The notes beneath the pieces were generated by a model, which did not search any database, had not been told where the DNA came from, and saw only the letters and a program-made list of their open reading frames with translations. A stretch of DNA of 64,000 nucleotides, taken from the NCBI RefSeq assembly GCF_001194135.2, contig NC_068993.1, positions 19,636,091 to 19,700,090 on the forward strand, in the 5' to 3' direction. This DNA is from Octopus bimaculoides. Lineage: Eukaryota. Positions 10,867 to 25,607 of the stretch are shown in pieces; positions within the stretch are counted from its first letter, which is position 1; each line of letters starts with the position of its first letter. Position numbers and translations under genes: made by a program.

Positions 10867-13586
10867 CAAAAAGTGGATGAACAACACAGTACCTCACTTT
10901 GCATCTCTCGAAGCACATCTCCATTGTATTTAATATAAAGATTTCTAGAGAAAGAAGCAAAGAATTGAGCATTTTCCAGAGAAAAATCCATAGTCAGCTA
11001 CTAGTTTTCAATCCTCTGTTATAGGAATTGCGCTCCAGCTAACTTGCTAAAAATCACTTCCATTTTTATAGCTCTGAAACGCTTTTAAAACTGTAATAAC
11101 TTAATATTTAACTTAAGATTCCAAGGTGATTGTCTTCCAGTTCGCTTAAGTAAAGTTGCAGTAATATAGTGATATAATATGAATCAAATATTATGTCTTT
11201 TAAAAAAGAAATGCACATATCAACCACTGAAAAAAATATTATTTTTTCTTTGAATAGTATTCAGATTACAAATGGCTGGATTGAGAATATAAAATTAGAT
11301 TCAGTCTTTATGCCTTAACTAATGTAATCGCATGGTATCAAAATGACTGCTATTTTCATTTAATGGTCTTCGTTAAACGAGAATTTTCTAATAGTTATAT
11401 TACGTTTATATGTTTTTCTTTTTACTTTCCTCTATATTTTCGCATTTTCTTTGCGCTTTTTTTCCCATCAGAATCAAAACATTTTCGATTTTTTTTAGAA
11501 AATATCGAATGCAATATCTTTATTATGGACATTTTTAATGAATTATGAAAATGTCGATTTTTATGCATTATACACATAAAAACAAAATTACACGGTTCTC
11601 TTATATTATTAGATTGCAAATAGGTTGGACTTCCATTTATTGATAGCGTAATTTTCATGGAAATGTTATCATTATAGTCAAGGAAGGTAGCCACGTGTAT
11701 GAAATATGCTCAACTTCTATATATCAGCTATCAAAATATATAGCAATGTATGGTTGGAGCAGCTAAGATTTAATAAGAGGATTATCTTTTGATAATAAAT
11801 ATAATACCATGTTATCGCTGCATGCGTCCAACTTGGAGAAATATATATTCTTACGTTCTTGTACATATTTTATACCAAAATAATTCAACACTAGCGTCGT
11901 TTGTTTCATGTTTCCAACAGTTCGTTCACAAGTCCACTGCATTTCTAATAGACAGTATTGATTCCAAGGAACTGTCTATAATTCGGTAAAGAACAAATAT
12001 TACAAAAGACCAAGATGAAGGATAGAGATGGTGACTTCTTTTCCCTCTAAAGTGGAACAACCAAGCATTATTTTTCTTACCCTACCCCAGGGATGATTAA
12101 TTCCTTACAATGGTGCTAAACGTTTGAAATCAGTTGTTCTTTTAATCCTTCATTGACAACTCATTGGCACAAAATAACAGGTCCGAGAATATATCCCTGG
12201 TATTGGCAACAGAATTAGAAGAATTCATCCCTATAAATTAATAGAAGTTCGATCAGAAATTCAAGATTGTCACCGAGTACGTGAATAACCATGATCAATA
12301 ACAACTAGCATGAGGACATATATCTGAGTAGAATGCTGATAATTCTTAATTTCATTAATCCATCCATTTATCCGACTTAGAATTTAATCACAGTCCTAAT
12401 AATAAACAACAGAATATTAACACCTCCAATATCAGTTGTAGATTTCTAATAGAGCCTCAGTTGTATGGTAGATTTTAGCCGGGATAAAATCACGGTTATA
12501 ATTTGACAGGTGATCCGTATGGATTAACTGGATATAAAGCTGGCACGTAGATGACTTTCTATAGGAAAATGCCTTTATAGGAATCAGACACTACAAAGTC
12601 AAAATATATGCACATCGATCAAATATCTAATTACATGCAAGATTATGTTACTGCGTAGATCTATCATCGTTTGTCGATGATTCATTTATGACTGAGACAG
12701 TTAGCCGTGTTACGCTTATCACAAGTTGATCTGTAATACCATGGGTCGGTGGTCAGTCAAACCCTCTAATTGCTCCCTAAAAGCGCGCCCTGGCGCAGTA
12801 TTCAGTACAAATTGGGTTCTCAGTTTGAAACCTATTTTTCACATATGTTCTATTGTACATTTATCACTGATTCATTTAACACGGCGGTGTTTTTTCTTTA
12901 AAGCAAAACGCCTGAGAAAACGAGGCTAGATATATAATAGACGCGTGTATTTTGATTTCTTTTTCGCATTTTTCTTTCAAAGCAGCAACACAGTTTGCAA
13001 GCCAAACATGTGTATAAAGGAGAGACTAGAGAAAAATAATTGCTATGTGAAAATATATATGCAGAAATGCCGTAGGCAGAATATCATAGTCGCCATAGAA
13101 GGCATACAATACGATATTGGAAATTTGAAAATTCAAGAGATCATTATTATTTAAAAAATGAGTTTTCCATTAACAATAGTGTCCAGAATAAAGGATTTTG
13201 AAACCGAAAGGTTGAAATATTGAAAAATAAAAGTGAAAGCTTTTGTTTCATATGTCTTTTCGTTTACATTCCAATATTTCCAACTTATATTGAAGTGGTT
13301 CTCCAAATACGGTTTAAATATATACATCTATTGCATACATACATACACACACGCACACACACACACTTATATTTTACATATATGTACGTATATGTGTATG
13401 TATTTATTTATATATGTGTGTGTGCGTGTATAAATATATGCACATTTATGCATATGTATGTATTTTCATATACATAGATATCATATATATACATACAAAT
13501 GTACGTATATTCGTACATGAATAAGCAGACATAGCTGATATATATTATACATGAATTCATCCGTATATGTGTATATATGTGTGTAT

Positions 13587-13619
<33 letters not shown>

Positions 13620-13673
13620 GATAGAGAGAGAGATACATACATACATACATGCATACATACATACATACATACA

Positions 13674-13704
<31 letters not shown>

Positions 13705-13746
13705 GCGTATGTGTGTATTAGAGAGAGAGCGAAAGAGATAGAGAGT

Positions 13747-13791
<45 letters not shown>

Positions 13792-14169
13792 ATATTTATA
13801 AATATATTTATAAGTATGTGTTTAGTAGAACTGTGCGTCTGTGTGTGTATATGTTTGTACGTGCGTGTTTCCCAATTCATTAAGGTTGATACAATCGACT
13901 ACAATCGTTGATGGTAGTGTTCTGGAATGGTCGTAATCCACCTACTGAACTCAGCAAAACAATAGAAAATAAGGCTTAAGAAGAAATTACTTCGATAAAA
14001 AGGAAACGATTCTGTAACCTCCTCAGTCATGATTACTGAAACGAAGAGAAGAATTTAAAAATTACATGAGTAAGGAACTGTACAACAAATTTCTACTACA
14101 CGCTTAATGTATAAATATTACGTAAAATTCAAATATATGTATGTGTGTATGTTGTTTACCTATGGAGTG

Positions 14170-14217
<48 letters not shown>

Positions 14218-15042
14218 NNNNNNNNNNNNNNNNNNNNNNNNNNNNNNNNNNNNNNNNNNNNNNNNNNNNNNNNNNNNNNNNNNNNNNNNNNNNNNNNNNN
14301 NNNNNNNNNNNNNNNNNNNNNNNNNNNNNNNNNNNNNNNNNNNNNNNNNNNNNNNNNNNNNNNNNNNNNNNNNNNNNNNNNNNNNNNNNNNNNNNNNNNN
14401 NNNNNNNNNNNNNNNNNNNNNNNNNNNNNNNNNNNNNNNNNNNNNNNNNNNNNNNNNNNNNNNNNNNNNNTATATATGTATGTATGTATATATATATACT
14501 GTAATTTTTGTATAATTATGTATTGTTAATATAACAATACATAAAGACGGGCCAGTGTTGAAGTGCTCAGCATGAGCTAGAATTCATCTTATAGTAAAAA
14601 TGGATACATAAGGGTGGAAAATCACAGGAACAATACCATATGTCCAACGCAAGATACAATATGTGTGTTCAATTCCTTCAAGAATCAATAAATGAATTTA
14701 TAGTATTCCTTCCGACTGATTTGGAGTACCTTATTCGTGGATTTCTTACTCTATCCTTGGATCACGTTATTTTCTAATTCACTCGGAGTACGTCGTTTCA
14801 GCACCTTTGATTGTGAATCTTCTACTTCACTTGTCTTCACTTCACTCTACTTCAGTTCGCTTTCCGCTCTCCTTCCATTTTCCTCCTCCTCGCCATCCCT
14901 CACACCTACACCTACACCTTACCACCATGCCTGATCTTCCTTCCGTCCTCCAGCAACACCACTCTATTCTCTCCCGTTTCCTTATCGACTTCCCTCAACC
15001 TCCTCCTCAACCCCTCCGCCACACTCTACCTTCCACGTCTCT

Positions 15043-15095
15043 CCCTTCCACCCCTTAATACCTTCCCCTTCCACCCCTTCATGCCTCCCCTCCCC
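15043..15095 (-). other. Potential G-quadruplex in a polypurine tract
   Basis: Minus strand carries five GGGG runs and one GGG run with loops of 1-10 nt inside a ~250-bp C/T-rich tract. Confidence 0.4.
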
Positions 15096-15612
15096 TCTTC
15101 TCCACACTCACACCCATTCTGTCTGTTCGTTAGATCTGGGTTGGAATGGCACAGTAGTTACACGTTCTACCATGAACGTTTCTCAAAACTTTTAAAATTC
15201 AACAGAGATAAATTGCCTTCGATTGTCAGACACTATCACATCTGGGATGCCAAATCTCGCAAACAATTTGTGTAAAAAATTTATCACATTTGAGGAGGTT
15301 GGCTTTTTACACTTACAAATATCTGACCAATTCGAGAAACTATCAACTACCACTTAGTAGTAATAACCATTTAAAGGACAAGCAACATCGATGTGTATTC
15401 TCGACCAAGGAATATCTACTTTTGAACAATGTCTACTTTTTATCGTGGGCAATTTTTCATTTCCTTTTGGCTTACATACAAGTGTTCCACTCTGTTTTAC
15501 TGCAATTTTTTTAGTCCCTCAGCTGCATTCGAACCTTCGACTGAACCGACTAGATTTCCACACAAAACACTAATTGGCGTATATGTGTGTGTGTATGTGT
15601 GTGTGTGTGTGT

Positions 15613-15716
<104 letters not shown>

Positions 15717-16081
15717 CAAGTCTTGAATGTGATTCTGGTTTGCGTTTCTGTTTTGTGATGAAACCGATCGAAAACCCGCTGTTGATATTATGTCCATAAA
15801 ACCTGTAAATCAGCGTTTCGTAAATCAGAATCTGATAAAATCAGTGCATGATTGCTATAAATACTGCTATATTAAGCATGGCTACTTGTAAAACTTGTGA
15901 CAATACAATGAATTTCGAGAAATATAGAATATATAGAGTATAGAATATTTACTGATTCAGATGAAATGAGTGGACGCCTGTACACCATTTTACATAGAAT
16001 ATTAGACAAACTTAAGAAGTGCGTAAGTTATCTTAAGTACTGTATAAGGATCCATGTAGCTATCTATGTATTCATGTATGC

Positions 16082-16114
<33 letters not shown>

Positions 16115-17173
16115 TGTATGTATGTGTGTATGTATGTATGTATGTATGTATCTCTCTATCTATCCATCTATCTACCTATCTACCTAGCTGTCCGTATGTT
16201 TTTGTGTGCGTGTATATATATATATATATATATATATAAACACACACACTCACACATACATATATATATATAGGTATAATATATACATGTATATATATAT
16301 ATATNNNNNNNNNNNNNNNNNNNNNNNNNNNNNNNNNNNNNNNNNNNNNNNNNNNNNNNNNNNNNNNNNNNNNNNNNNNNNNNNNNNNNNNNNNNNNNNN
16401 NNNNNNNNNNNNNNNNNNNNNNNNNNNNNNNNNNNNNNNNNNNNNNNNNNNNNNNNNNNNNNNNNNNNNNNNNNNNNNNNNNNNNNNNNNNNNNNNNNNN
16501 NNNNNNNNNNNNNNNNNNNNNNNNNNNNNNNNNNNNNNNNNNNNNNNNNNNATATGTACGTATATATGAAATATATATATATATATATTTTACATATACA
16601 TATAGATATATGTACTTCATATATATATATATATATCTTTCCTATATATATGTGTGTGTACTTATACTCATATGTGTGTATGTTTATATTTTTGTATTTG
16701 TGTGTGAAAGAGAGAGAGGGGGGAGTATGTGACGAATGCGTTTTTGCTTACAGCTCCAATAGATGAATTGATTCAGTGAGATAAACTTACTTTGGTTACG
16801 AATCAATTGTAACAATTCTTGAGTTGCCAACTTAATTTTGGTAGTCATCTTTTGTGGTGTTTGCTTTCAAAGCCTATTGATTCCACACACCCATACACAT
16901 GCGCCCACAGACGCCAACACATCTAGAACTGTTTACTTATATCTATTACATACATATATGCACACATAATAGTTTGTGTGCGTGCTTATGCCCATGCGCA
17001 CGCGCGTGTATAAGTGTGCGTGTATTGTGTGTATATCTAAGAGAATTGTTAGTACAATGTCCCTATTTGTTTCATATTCAATCGTATTTGTTAATGGACC
17101 GGTGCTTATTTTCTTTCACTCTCACAGTCCATCACCCACACTTTCTCTGTCTTCTCCTCTCTCTCTCTCTCTG

Positions 17174-17223
<50 letters not shown>

Positions 17224-17457
17224 TTTCTCGATTTTCTACTTATTTAGTTACCGAAGATGCTCATATGTTATATATACATTTTTTTTTTGCATTGCTATAT
17301 ATGTATGTATATAGATTTCTCGACGTATATCTGTATGTGCGTATTTGTACATGGGTATGTATATAGATACATACACACACAGACATGCACACACACTCAC
17401 ATATATATCTATACACATACATACATAAACACAGACACGCACACACACATACACAGA

Positions 17458-17502
<45 letters not shown>

Positions 17503-19011
17503 TCACACACACACACTATTGTTTATATTTATGTCAAGTTATGCCTAAAAGGAAGCTAACATTAATCTGAAAGATTAATCGGTATTTTTTAGTTGGATAC
17601 ATATATATTAATTTTTCTCTGTAAAATTAATATCTATATATATGTATGTGAGTGTGTATGTGTGTATATATATGTGTGTATGTGTGTGTGTGTGTGTGTG
17701 TGTATGTGTGTGTGTATGTGTGTGTGTACTTATGTTTGTACTTCTGTTTGTACTTATATGCGCGTAGCCAAATTCATCATGAAGTCAAATTTTTGTTATA
17801 CGAAATAAGAAAAATGGAATAAGAAATGTACGTATAACAGAATAAGGGACAGAATCTGTTTCCATCCATTCCTTTAATATTGAAGAAAAGCTTGTGGGTA
17901 CATATTAACTTAAACAGCATATAATTTCCTCCTGTTTATTGTTTTTCTGTATGCGGATATGTATCGGTGTTGTCTCAGTATGATACAATACCAATACATA
18001 TGAGTGCATCTGTGTTTATGTAGGTGCGTGTATGTGTGGTAAGTTTTAATAACCGATAATCTGTTTTAAACTTCATTTTAAGAGCAGCTTAGTCTCTGCT
18101 TGAGCTCTTACCAAGAGAAACTTATTTTACATGATTTAATTCATCTCTGTAATCTTACAAACAAAAGTATCCATAGTTATATAAAACTGCACTCATCTTC
18201 GGCGATCATGTGTACCTTGCTGCAATACATAAATTTGATTATAACAGTTAATATGTGAACAGTTTCTTAATGATTAAATTTTCATTATAGTTTCCGGTTT
18301 CTCATGAAATACTTGAAAAGCTTTACATATTCCCTAATGACGTATTATTATGATGTGCATAAAGCACACATGATATTTTATCTTGAGCTCGCTGGTTCAT
18401 TTATATGATTATAAACAATCAGATATATTTATAATGATTTGAATAAATATAATTTCCCCGTTAAGCTAGAGAAAGAAGCCCACATCAAGAACACTATGAC
18501 AATACATAATCCATTACAATAAATATCACCGCATGTGTTTCATTAATTAATAATCCCTGGTGTATTATTCAGCCATTGTAAGAAATAAAATACATATATT
18601 CCAGTCGAAGAACAGAGGTGACAATTAGTTTCGTTTGAAGGTTACCTCAAACACGTTGCCACACGGACACACATACAAACACAAGTGTAATTTATAATTG
18701 CCCGTGCCTGTGTTTCTGCACATACGTATATAGGTATGTATGCATGTATGGTTGTATGTATGTATTATGCATGCATGTATGGATATATGTATGCATGTAT
18801 GCATGTACGTACTTACGTATGTATGTATGAATGTATGCATGCATGTATGTATGTATGTATGTATGTATGTATGCAATTATGTGTAAGGATGACTGCGATT
18901 TATTGTCTCACGCCGTTTATGTATCCCAAGACAGTCATTTTGAATCGATGGTAAATACCGTTTAACTTCATATAGAGAGTATTATAAATAGCAGAGAGAT
19001 TAATAATCATC

Positions 19012-19053
<42 letters not shown>

Positions 19054-20077
19054 TGTGTGTGTGTGTTTGTGTGTGTGTGTGTTTGTGTGTGTACATACGC
19101 ATATATGTATGTATAACCATATATATACTTACATATTGATATACATACACAGACGCAGACATAGGCAGAATCAGGCACACGCGCGTGCGCGCACGCATAC
19201 ACATTGTCGTTCGTCAACCCGAGCAGTCATATCTTAAGTGACATCACGTGGTCTTCATCTGATGGAAGTACACGTTTTAGTAAATCGAAAGAAAGTCATA
19301 GATACAAAAAAATAATAATAGATGCTGGCATGTAGATAAAAAGACAGACAGGTAAATCAATATATNNNNNNNNNNNNNNNNNNNNNNNNNNNNNNNNNNN
19401 NNNNNNNNNNNNNNNNNNNNNNNNNNNNNNNNNNNNNNNNNNNNNNNNNNNNNNNNNNNNNNNNNNNNNNNNNNNNNNNNNNNNNNNNNNNNNNNNNNNN
19501 NNNNNNNNNNNNNNNNNNNNNNNNNNNNNNNNNNNNNNNNNNNNNNNNNNNNNNNNNNNNNNNNNNNNNNNNNNNNNNNNNNNNNNNNNNNNNNNNNNNN
19601 NNNNNNNNNNNNNNNNNNNNNNNNNNNNNNNNNNNNNNNNNNNNNNNNNNNNNNNNNNNNNNNNNNNNNNNNNNNNNNNNNNNNNNNNNNNNNNNNNNNN
19701 NNNNNNNNNNNNNNNNNNNNNNNNNNNNNNNNNNNNNNNNNNNNNNNNNNNNNNNNNNNNNNNNNNNNNNNNNNNNNNNNNNNNNNNNNNNNNNNNNNNN
19801 NNNNNNNNNNNNNNNNNNNNNNNNNNNNNNNNNNNNNNNNNNNNNNNNNNNNNNNNNNNNNNNNNNNNNNNNNNNNNNNNNNNNNNNNNNNNNNNNNNNN
19901 NNNNNNNNNNNNNNNNNNNNNNNNNNNNNNNNNNNNNNNNNNNNNNNNNNNNNNNNNNNNNNNNNNNNNNNNNNNNNNNNNNNNNNNNNNNNNNNNNNNN
20001 NNNNNNNNNNNNNNNNNNNNNNNNNNNNNNNAGATAGATAAATAAATCGACAGACAGTTAGATAGATAGATAGATAA

Positions 20078-20132
<55 letters not shown>

Positions 20133-20199
20133 TTCATACTTATGTATACACGCATATATACACACATGCATCTGTCTATCCTTCTGTCTATCTATCTAA

Positions 20200-20254
<55 letters not shown>

Positions 20255-20973
20255 ATTATCTGTCTGTCTATCTAGCTAGCTAGCTGTCCATCTATTTATT
20301 TATCTATCTATCTAGCTAGCTGTCCATCTATTTATTTATCTATCTCTCTATCTGTGTGTGTGTGTGTGTTACGAAAATATAATGCTCTCTATCACCACTC
20401 AGATTTTTTCCTGCATAGATGCAGTCATTCTGGTGATAATGTAAATTTGATTTGTACCGAAATGCCTTCTACGATTAACTTTACACTCTTTAAATTAAAC
20501 ACAGCATAAGATGTCATGAGCTAAATGTTCCTTCAACTGCTTACTGTGAATTAACCGATTATTCTCAATGGGTCTATACGAATGATTTAAATGATATACA
20601 TTGATTGTAGGAGATAATATCTTATGCCGACAAAGAAAAGAAATATCCCCTCAAAGTGTTAAAAAAACACTTGTATAATTAAAGTAAATTGTCTTAATCA
20701 ACGGTGTCCAAGCTGTATCTCACGACTCGCATGCGGCATTGGACGTTTCTATATAAAGTCCTAAAGAACAAAATTGGTTTCGTGCTATTTTGTTATTCTA
20801 GCGATGCAGAAATTAGAGTGGCTGANNNNNNNNNNNNNNNNNNNNNNNNNNNNNNNNNNNNNNNNNNNNNNNNNNNNNNNNNNNNNNNNNNNNNNNNNNN
20901 NNNNNNNNNNNNNNNNNNNNNNNNNNNNNNNNNNNNNNNNNNNNNNNNNNNNNNNNNNNNNNNNNNNNNNNNN

Positions 20974-21026
<53 letters not shown>

Positions 21027-21031
21027 ATACA

Positions 21032-21383
21032 GGCGCGGGAGTGGCTGTGTGGTAAGACGCTTGCTTCCCAACCACATTGTTCCGTGTTCAGTCCCACTGC
21101 GTGACACCTTGGACAAGTGATTTCTACTATAGCCTCGAGCAGACCAAAGCCTTGTGAGTGGATTTGAATGGAAGCCAATTGTTCATATAAATACGTATGT
21201 ATTTGTGTCTCTGTTTGACCCCCCACCCCCACCCAACCATCTCTTGACAACCAATGTTGGTGTGTTTACGTCCCCGTAACTTAGTGGTTCGACTAAAGAA
21301 TAAGCTAGGTGTTGATTTGTTCGAGTAAAGGCGGTGCTCAGGTATGGTCGCAGTCTAATGACGGAAACAAGTAGAATAAAAGA
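21032..21383 (+). mobile_element. SINE family C, near full-length
   Basis: A-box-like tggctgtgtgg, B-box-like tgttcagtccc, body gacaacc...tgtttacgtccccgtaacttag, tail ggtgctcag...gaaacaagtagaataaaaga. Confidence 0.9.
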
Positions 21384-21879
21384 ATATATAAATGTATATA
21401 TAAAGTCAGGCATATATATACATACATGTATATACATGTGTGTGTATGTGATGAATGTGTGTGTGTTCTAGATGACGTTCTTAACCAACGGGGGATTCAC
21501 ATGAACACATTGTCTTGATTATATTATACTTGGTGGAACCAGCGTTCTCCAAGACTGAACCTCTTGTTTTCTCGGAAGGAAGGTGTAGTCGATCGGGGAG
21601 AAAAGGGTGTCTGCCGGCCGTCCATTTTAGTCAGTTTTACATCTTATCTCGGTAGCTTGCACGCTTATACTACTAGTTACAACACTCTTGCTCCGCCCGA
21701 TTAAGATAACTGTGTCGCTGGAGATTTGTTACAGGGATAAATCATGTATATTAACGTTATCTCGTGCAGTAGAATTTGGTTAAATTATTCTCTCAATAAA
21801 TAAATTAATCTCAAATCAATGAATGCTTCATAACTGATATAAACTTTTTTGAGCACTTTTGGTGAATGGTACCTCGCTA

Positions 21880-22025
21880 CGATTTTTTGGGAGTAGACTG
21901 AAGATACATTATTTACATTATTTACATTTGACGGATATTTGTCCTCATCTTGTTTGTTGTTAACACAACATTTCGACTGATATACCCTCCAGCCTTCATC
22001 AGGTGTCTTGGAGAAATTTCGAAAC
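21880..22025 (-). mobile_element. Short repeat carrying a hammerhead motif (Penelope pLTR or retrozyme-like)
   Basis: Minus strand aatttctccaagacacctgatgaaggctggagggtatatcagtcgaaatgttgtgttaacaacaaacaagatgaggacaaatatccgtcaaatgtaaataatgtaaataatg; classification is inference. Confidence 0.5.
21962..22007 (-). ncRNA. Minimal type I hammerhead ribozyme-like motif (degenerate)
   Basis: GACAC-CUGAUGA-A-GGCUG(gagggtatat)CAGUC-GAAA-UGUU-GUGUU: stem I GACAC/GUGUU, 5-bp stem II, loopless stem III (AUGU; ACGU would be the palindromic form). Confidence 0.6.
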
Positions 22026-23569
22026 AAAATTTCAGAAACATGACGATGCACGCACTTGATTTCATGATACTCGTCACAAAACTTAATCCAATCAGCTATT
22101 TTATGTTTAGTAATATAGGATAATATATAAAATAATATATGCGTGTTTGTGTGTGTGTGTGTTTTTGTGTTTGTAAGTGATTAGGTATGTGTGTAAGTAC
22201 TTATGTGTGTCTATGTGCTTATGTGTGTGTATGTAAGTGATTATGAGTATGTATGTATTTTACTTGTATATCTGAATCACACATTGATATTTCACTACTA
22301 ATTGTGTTTTAAATTCATTACAGAATTCTTAATTTTTTCGATTTCTTTTGAGATTTGCACAATTTAATCTATCTTTTCACTCGGTCTAAGAAAATGTCAA
22401 ATTTATATCGAAAGATCAAATCCGATTATTTTCATTTACTTCTATTTTTTTATTATTACATTATTTATTTTAACATCATATAAAAATTCCTTAGCAATTT
22501 CAAGATAAAAAAAAAAAACATTAATAATAATAGTTTACCTTTGACAACGGATGACGTCATACTCAATTATACTGGAATGCATGCTGGCGAACAACGAAAT
22601 TAGATAATGTAGCAAATATACTTAGGAGCGAGGCAATAGTTACAGCTTCATTTTACAGAATATATATAGTTACATACGTTGATGAGATTCAATAGCTGTC
22701 TTAATGTCATAATTACCAAACAGAAATTGGTTTAAACAGAATGGAAAATTGGTTTAAGTTGGAGATTCTATGACAACTTAGTACAAAATCTTATATCTAC
22801 CTTAGAAAATATAGTCGATAAACGGTTGCCCGTTTTAAATTAGTAAAAAATAATACGTTTAAACATATAATGAGTTTCAAATTATATAGTTGTTAATAAG
22901 ACATTAAAAAATCTTCGAAGATACTGCCGGTGGGTTATATTCTGTTCTTTCAATTTGCAATTTCTAAAGTCAATTAACTTGAATAATTTTAAATGAGCAA
23001 ATACCAAATTCAACAATATCTGAAAAACATTCCAATATATTATAGCATTCGTGCACCTAAGGGCACCTAGCATTTAACCAATAATTTGTTTTGAAAATCA
23101 AATTCTTTTAATTACTAGATAGGGTTTAAAATTAATTTCTCTTCAACATTAAAGCGTCAGTTTTTTTAATGAATAATATAAATGAGAAATTTCGCTGCGC
23201 ATTTATTCTCCTGGAATGTTAGCTCTCTTACAAACGAAGCCATTATGCAAAAGAGGATTTGATCACATATAACGTCCATAATTGCAATTTTTCGCCACAA
23301 ATGTTTCTCTGAATTAATGTTTTAAAGGAGCTATCTATGACTTAGCAACAGTCGAGTTCTTTTGCTAAAACATTAAATTTGTAAAATNNNNNNNNNNNNN
23401 NNNNNNNNNNNNNNNNNNNNNNNNNNNNNNNNNNNNNNNNNNNNNNNNNNNNNNNNNNNNNNNNNNNNNNNNNNNNNNNNNNNNNNNNNNNNNNNNNNNN
23501 NNNNNNNNNNNNNNNNNNNNNNNNNNNNNNNNNNNNNNNNNNNNNNNNNNNNNNNNTATATATATACAC

Positions 23570-23670
23570 TCCTTTACTTGTTTCAGTTATTTGACTGCGG
23601 CCATGCTGGAGCACCGCCTTTAATCGAGCAAATCGTTCCCAGGACTTATTCTTTGTAAGCCTAGTACTTA
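23570..23670 (-). mobile_element. SINE family C 3' part
   Basis: tttacttgtttcagttatttgactgcggccatgctggagcaccgcc...ttattctttgtaagcctagtactta. Confidence 0.85.
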
Positions 23671-24308
23671 GCCCTTTGTAATTTATTGATTTATTGATTT
23701 CTTTACCCCTTCTCTTCATATGCGCTACCTTTGACGCCATATATACTAACGGTTTTTAAAAATACTCAATAGCGTCCTGTTCATCATTTACACAGTCATC
23801 ACATTTGTTAAAATGACTTCTTGTTGAGTTTGATTCTCTTTCTTTCCCTGATGAGAAGATTGCATTATTTTACACCATTTATTCCTGTTTATTGATTTTT
23901 CCGTGTTAACTGTAAAGAAAAGAAAATTCACTCATCCATTTCCATAGAAATATATATATGTATGTACGTATCTATGTATGTATATATGTATGTATGTATG
24001 TATGTGTGTGTGTATGTATGTGTGTGTATGTATGTCTGTATGTATGTATGTATGCATAGACATGCATACAATTTTAAAATGTCCTGTGGATCAATGTGCG
24101 TTTTTAAGAAAGTAAGGTTTCATTTCAACAACATGTTACCATTCCTAACAGGCGATTACGTAGATGCCCTACGTTGGTTCACAAAAATCAAAGATTTCCT
24201 TAAGCTCAAGTGTCTCTAGCTATAATGGCAACACTGGACTACAGACTGTTGCTTTTTATCCCTTTCACTGCACTCTGAGTTCATACTAACCTATGAGAGC
24301 AAACCTAT

Positions 24309-24412
24309 CATAGTGGGCATTCTAGCCATGGTGGGCATTCTAGCCATAGTGGGCATTCTAGCCATGGTGGGCATTCTAGCCATGGTGGGCATTCTAGCCA
24401 TGGTGGGCATTC
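24309..24412. repeat. 18-bp minisatellite, about 5.8 copies
   Basis: Unit cat(g/a)gtgggcattctagc repeated head to tail. Confidence 0.95.
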
Positions 24413-24982
24413 CACATATTTTGTTCCATGTATAAAGGCCTCTTTTTAAAATCCGTAGGGCAAAATTTGAGAGAAAATTTAGTTATTCATTCTAGTAGGA
24501 TAAGCTAGATTACCACTGCATGGTGGTTCATTCCTTCATTTTGCTGCATAAATGGATAGGATTTAAACACTGATGAAAATTCGACATTAAATATGACAGA
24601 TGTAATTTTTGAGCTAAACTAAAAGCTATTTATTTACCAATGATTGTTTTAAAGCTTTATAACTTTCCTCCCACTCAACCCCCATACAATATACATTCAT
24701 ACACAAACAGAGAAACACACGCACATTCTGTTATCGAGATATCTGTTTAAATAGAACTTGCTGCAAGTGTTGACAGAGTCTGAGAAGAATGTTTACATAG
24801 TGCTTCCTTCTTATACACTGCGCCTCTGGGCCTTTCACTCCCTCTCTCTTCCTGGCTTTCCGTGTCTTACTTCTTTGCGTTTTTCCCTTTCGTCTACATA
24901 TTCTATTCCACCCCGACTCTTTATCCAATCCCGTGACTTATAATTATCAATTATTTTTATGAGCTTCAGATTATGATGCTCA

Positions 24983-25017
<35 letters not shown>

Positions 25018-25300
25018 TTTCTCAGCTCTCGCCTCCTTGCATTTCCATGTTTTTGCTTTCTTTTCTTTATATATCTTAACCTGCGTTATCGTCTTTCTGT
25101 TATATTCTTTTATTTTCTTATTTTCTCTTTCATATTCTTATTTTGGCCACCGATTTATATCTTTTGTTGACCTCTCCTTCCTTTCTATTTGTATGTAGAT
25201 TAACTACATCTCTCGATATATAATTAAGTCTTCTCTCCACTTTTGCTCTCTCTCTCTTCTCTCTCTGTTTCTCTTTCTTCCTTTCTTTCTTTCTTTCGTT

Positions 25301-25341
<41 letters not shown>

Positions 25342-25345
25342 GCTG

Positions 25346-25386
<41 letters not shown>

Positions 25387-25405
25387 TTATCTATCTATCT
25401 ATCTG

Positions 25406-25459
<54 letters not shown>

Positions 25460-25545
25460 CCACCTTCATCTTTTATGCTTGTTATCTGTGTCTTTTTCGC
25501 TCTCTTTCAGCGTATATATATATATATACACATATGCATGTATAA

Positions 25546-25607
<62 letters not shown>

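Noticed and set aside
21477-21732. Solo-LTR-like segment (TG...CA)
   Set aside because: No target-site duplication and no second copy in the window
24309-24412. CRISPR-like repeat array
   Set aside because: Units are contiguous with no spacers, and the sequence is eukaryotic
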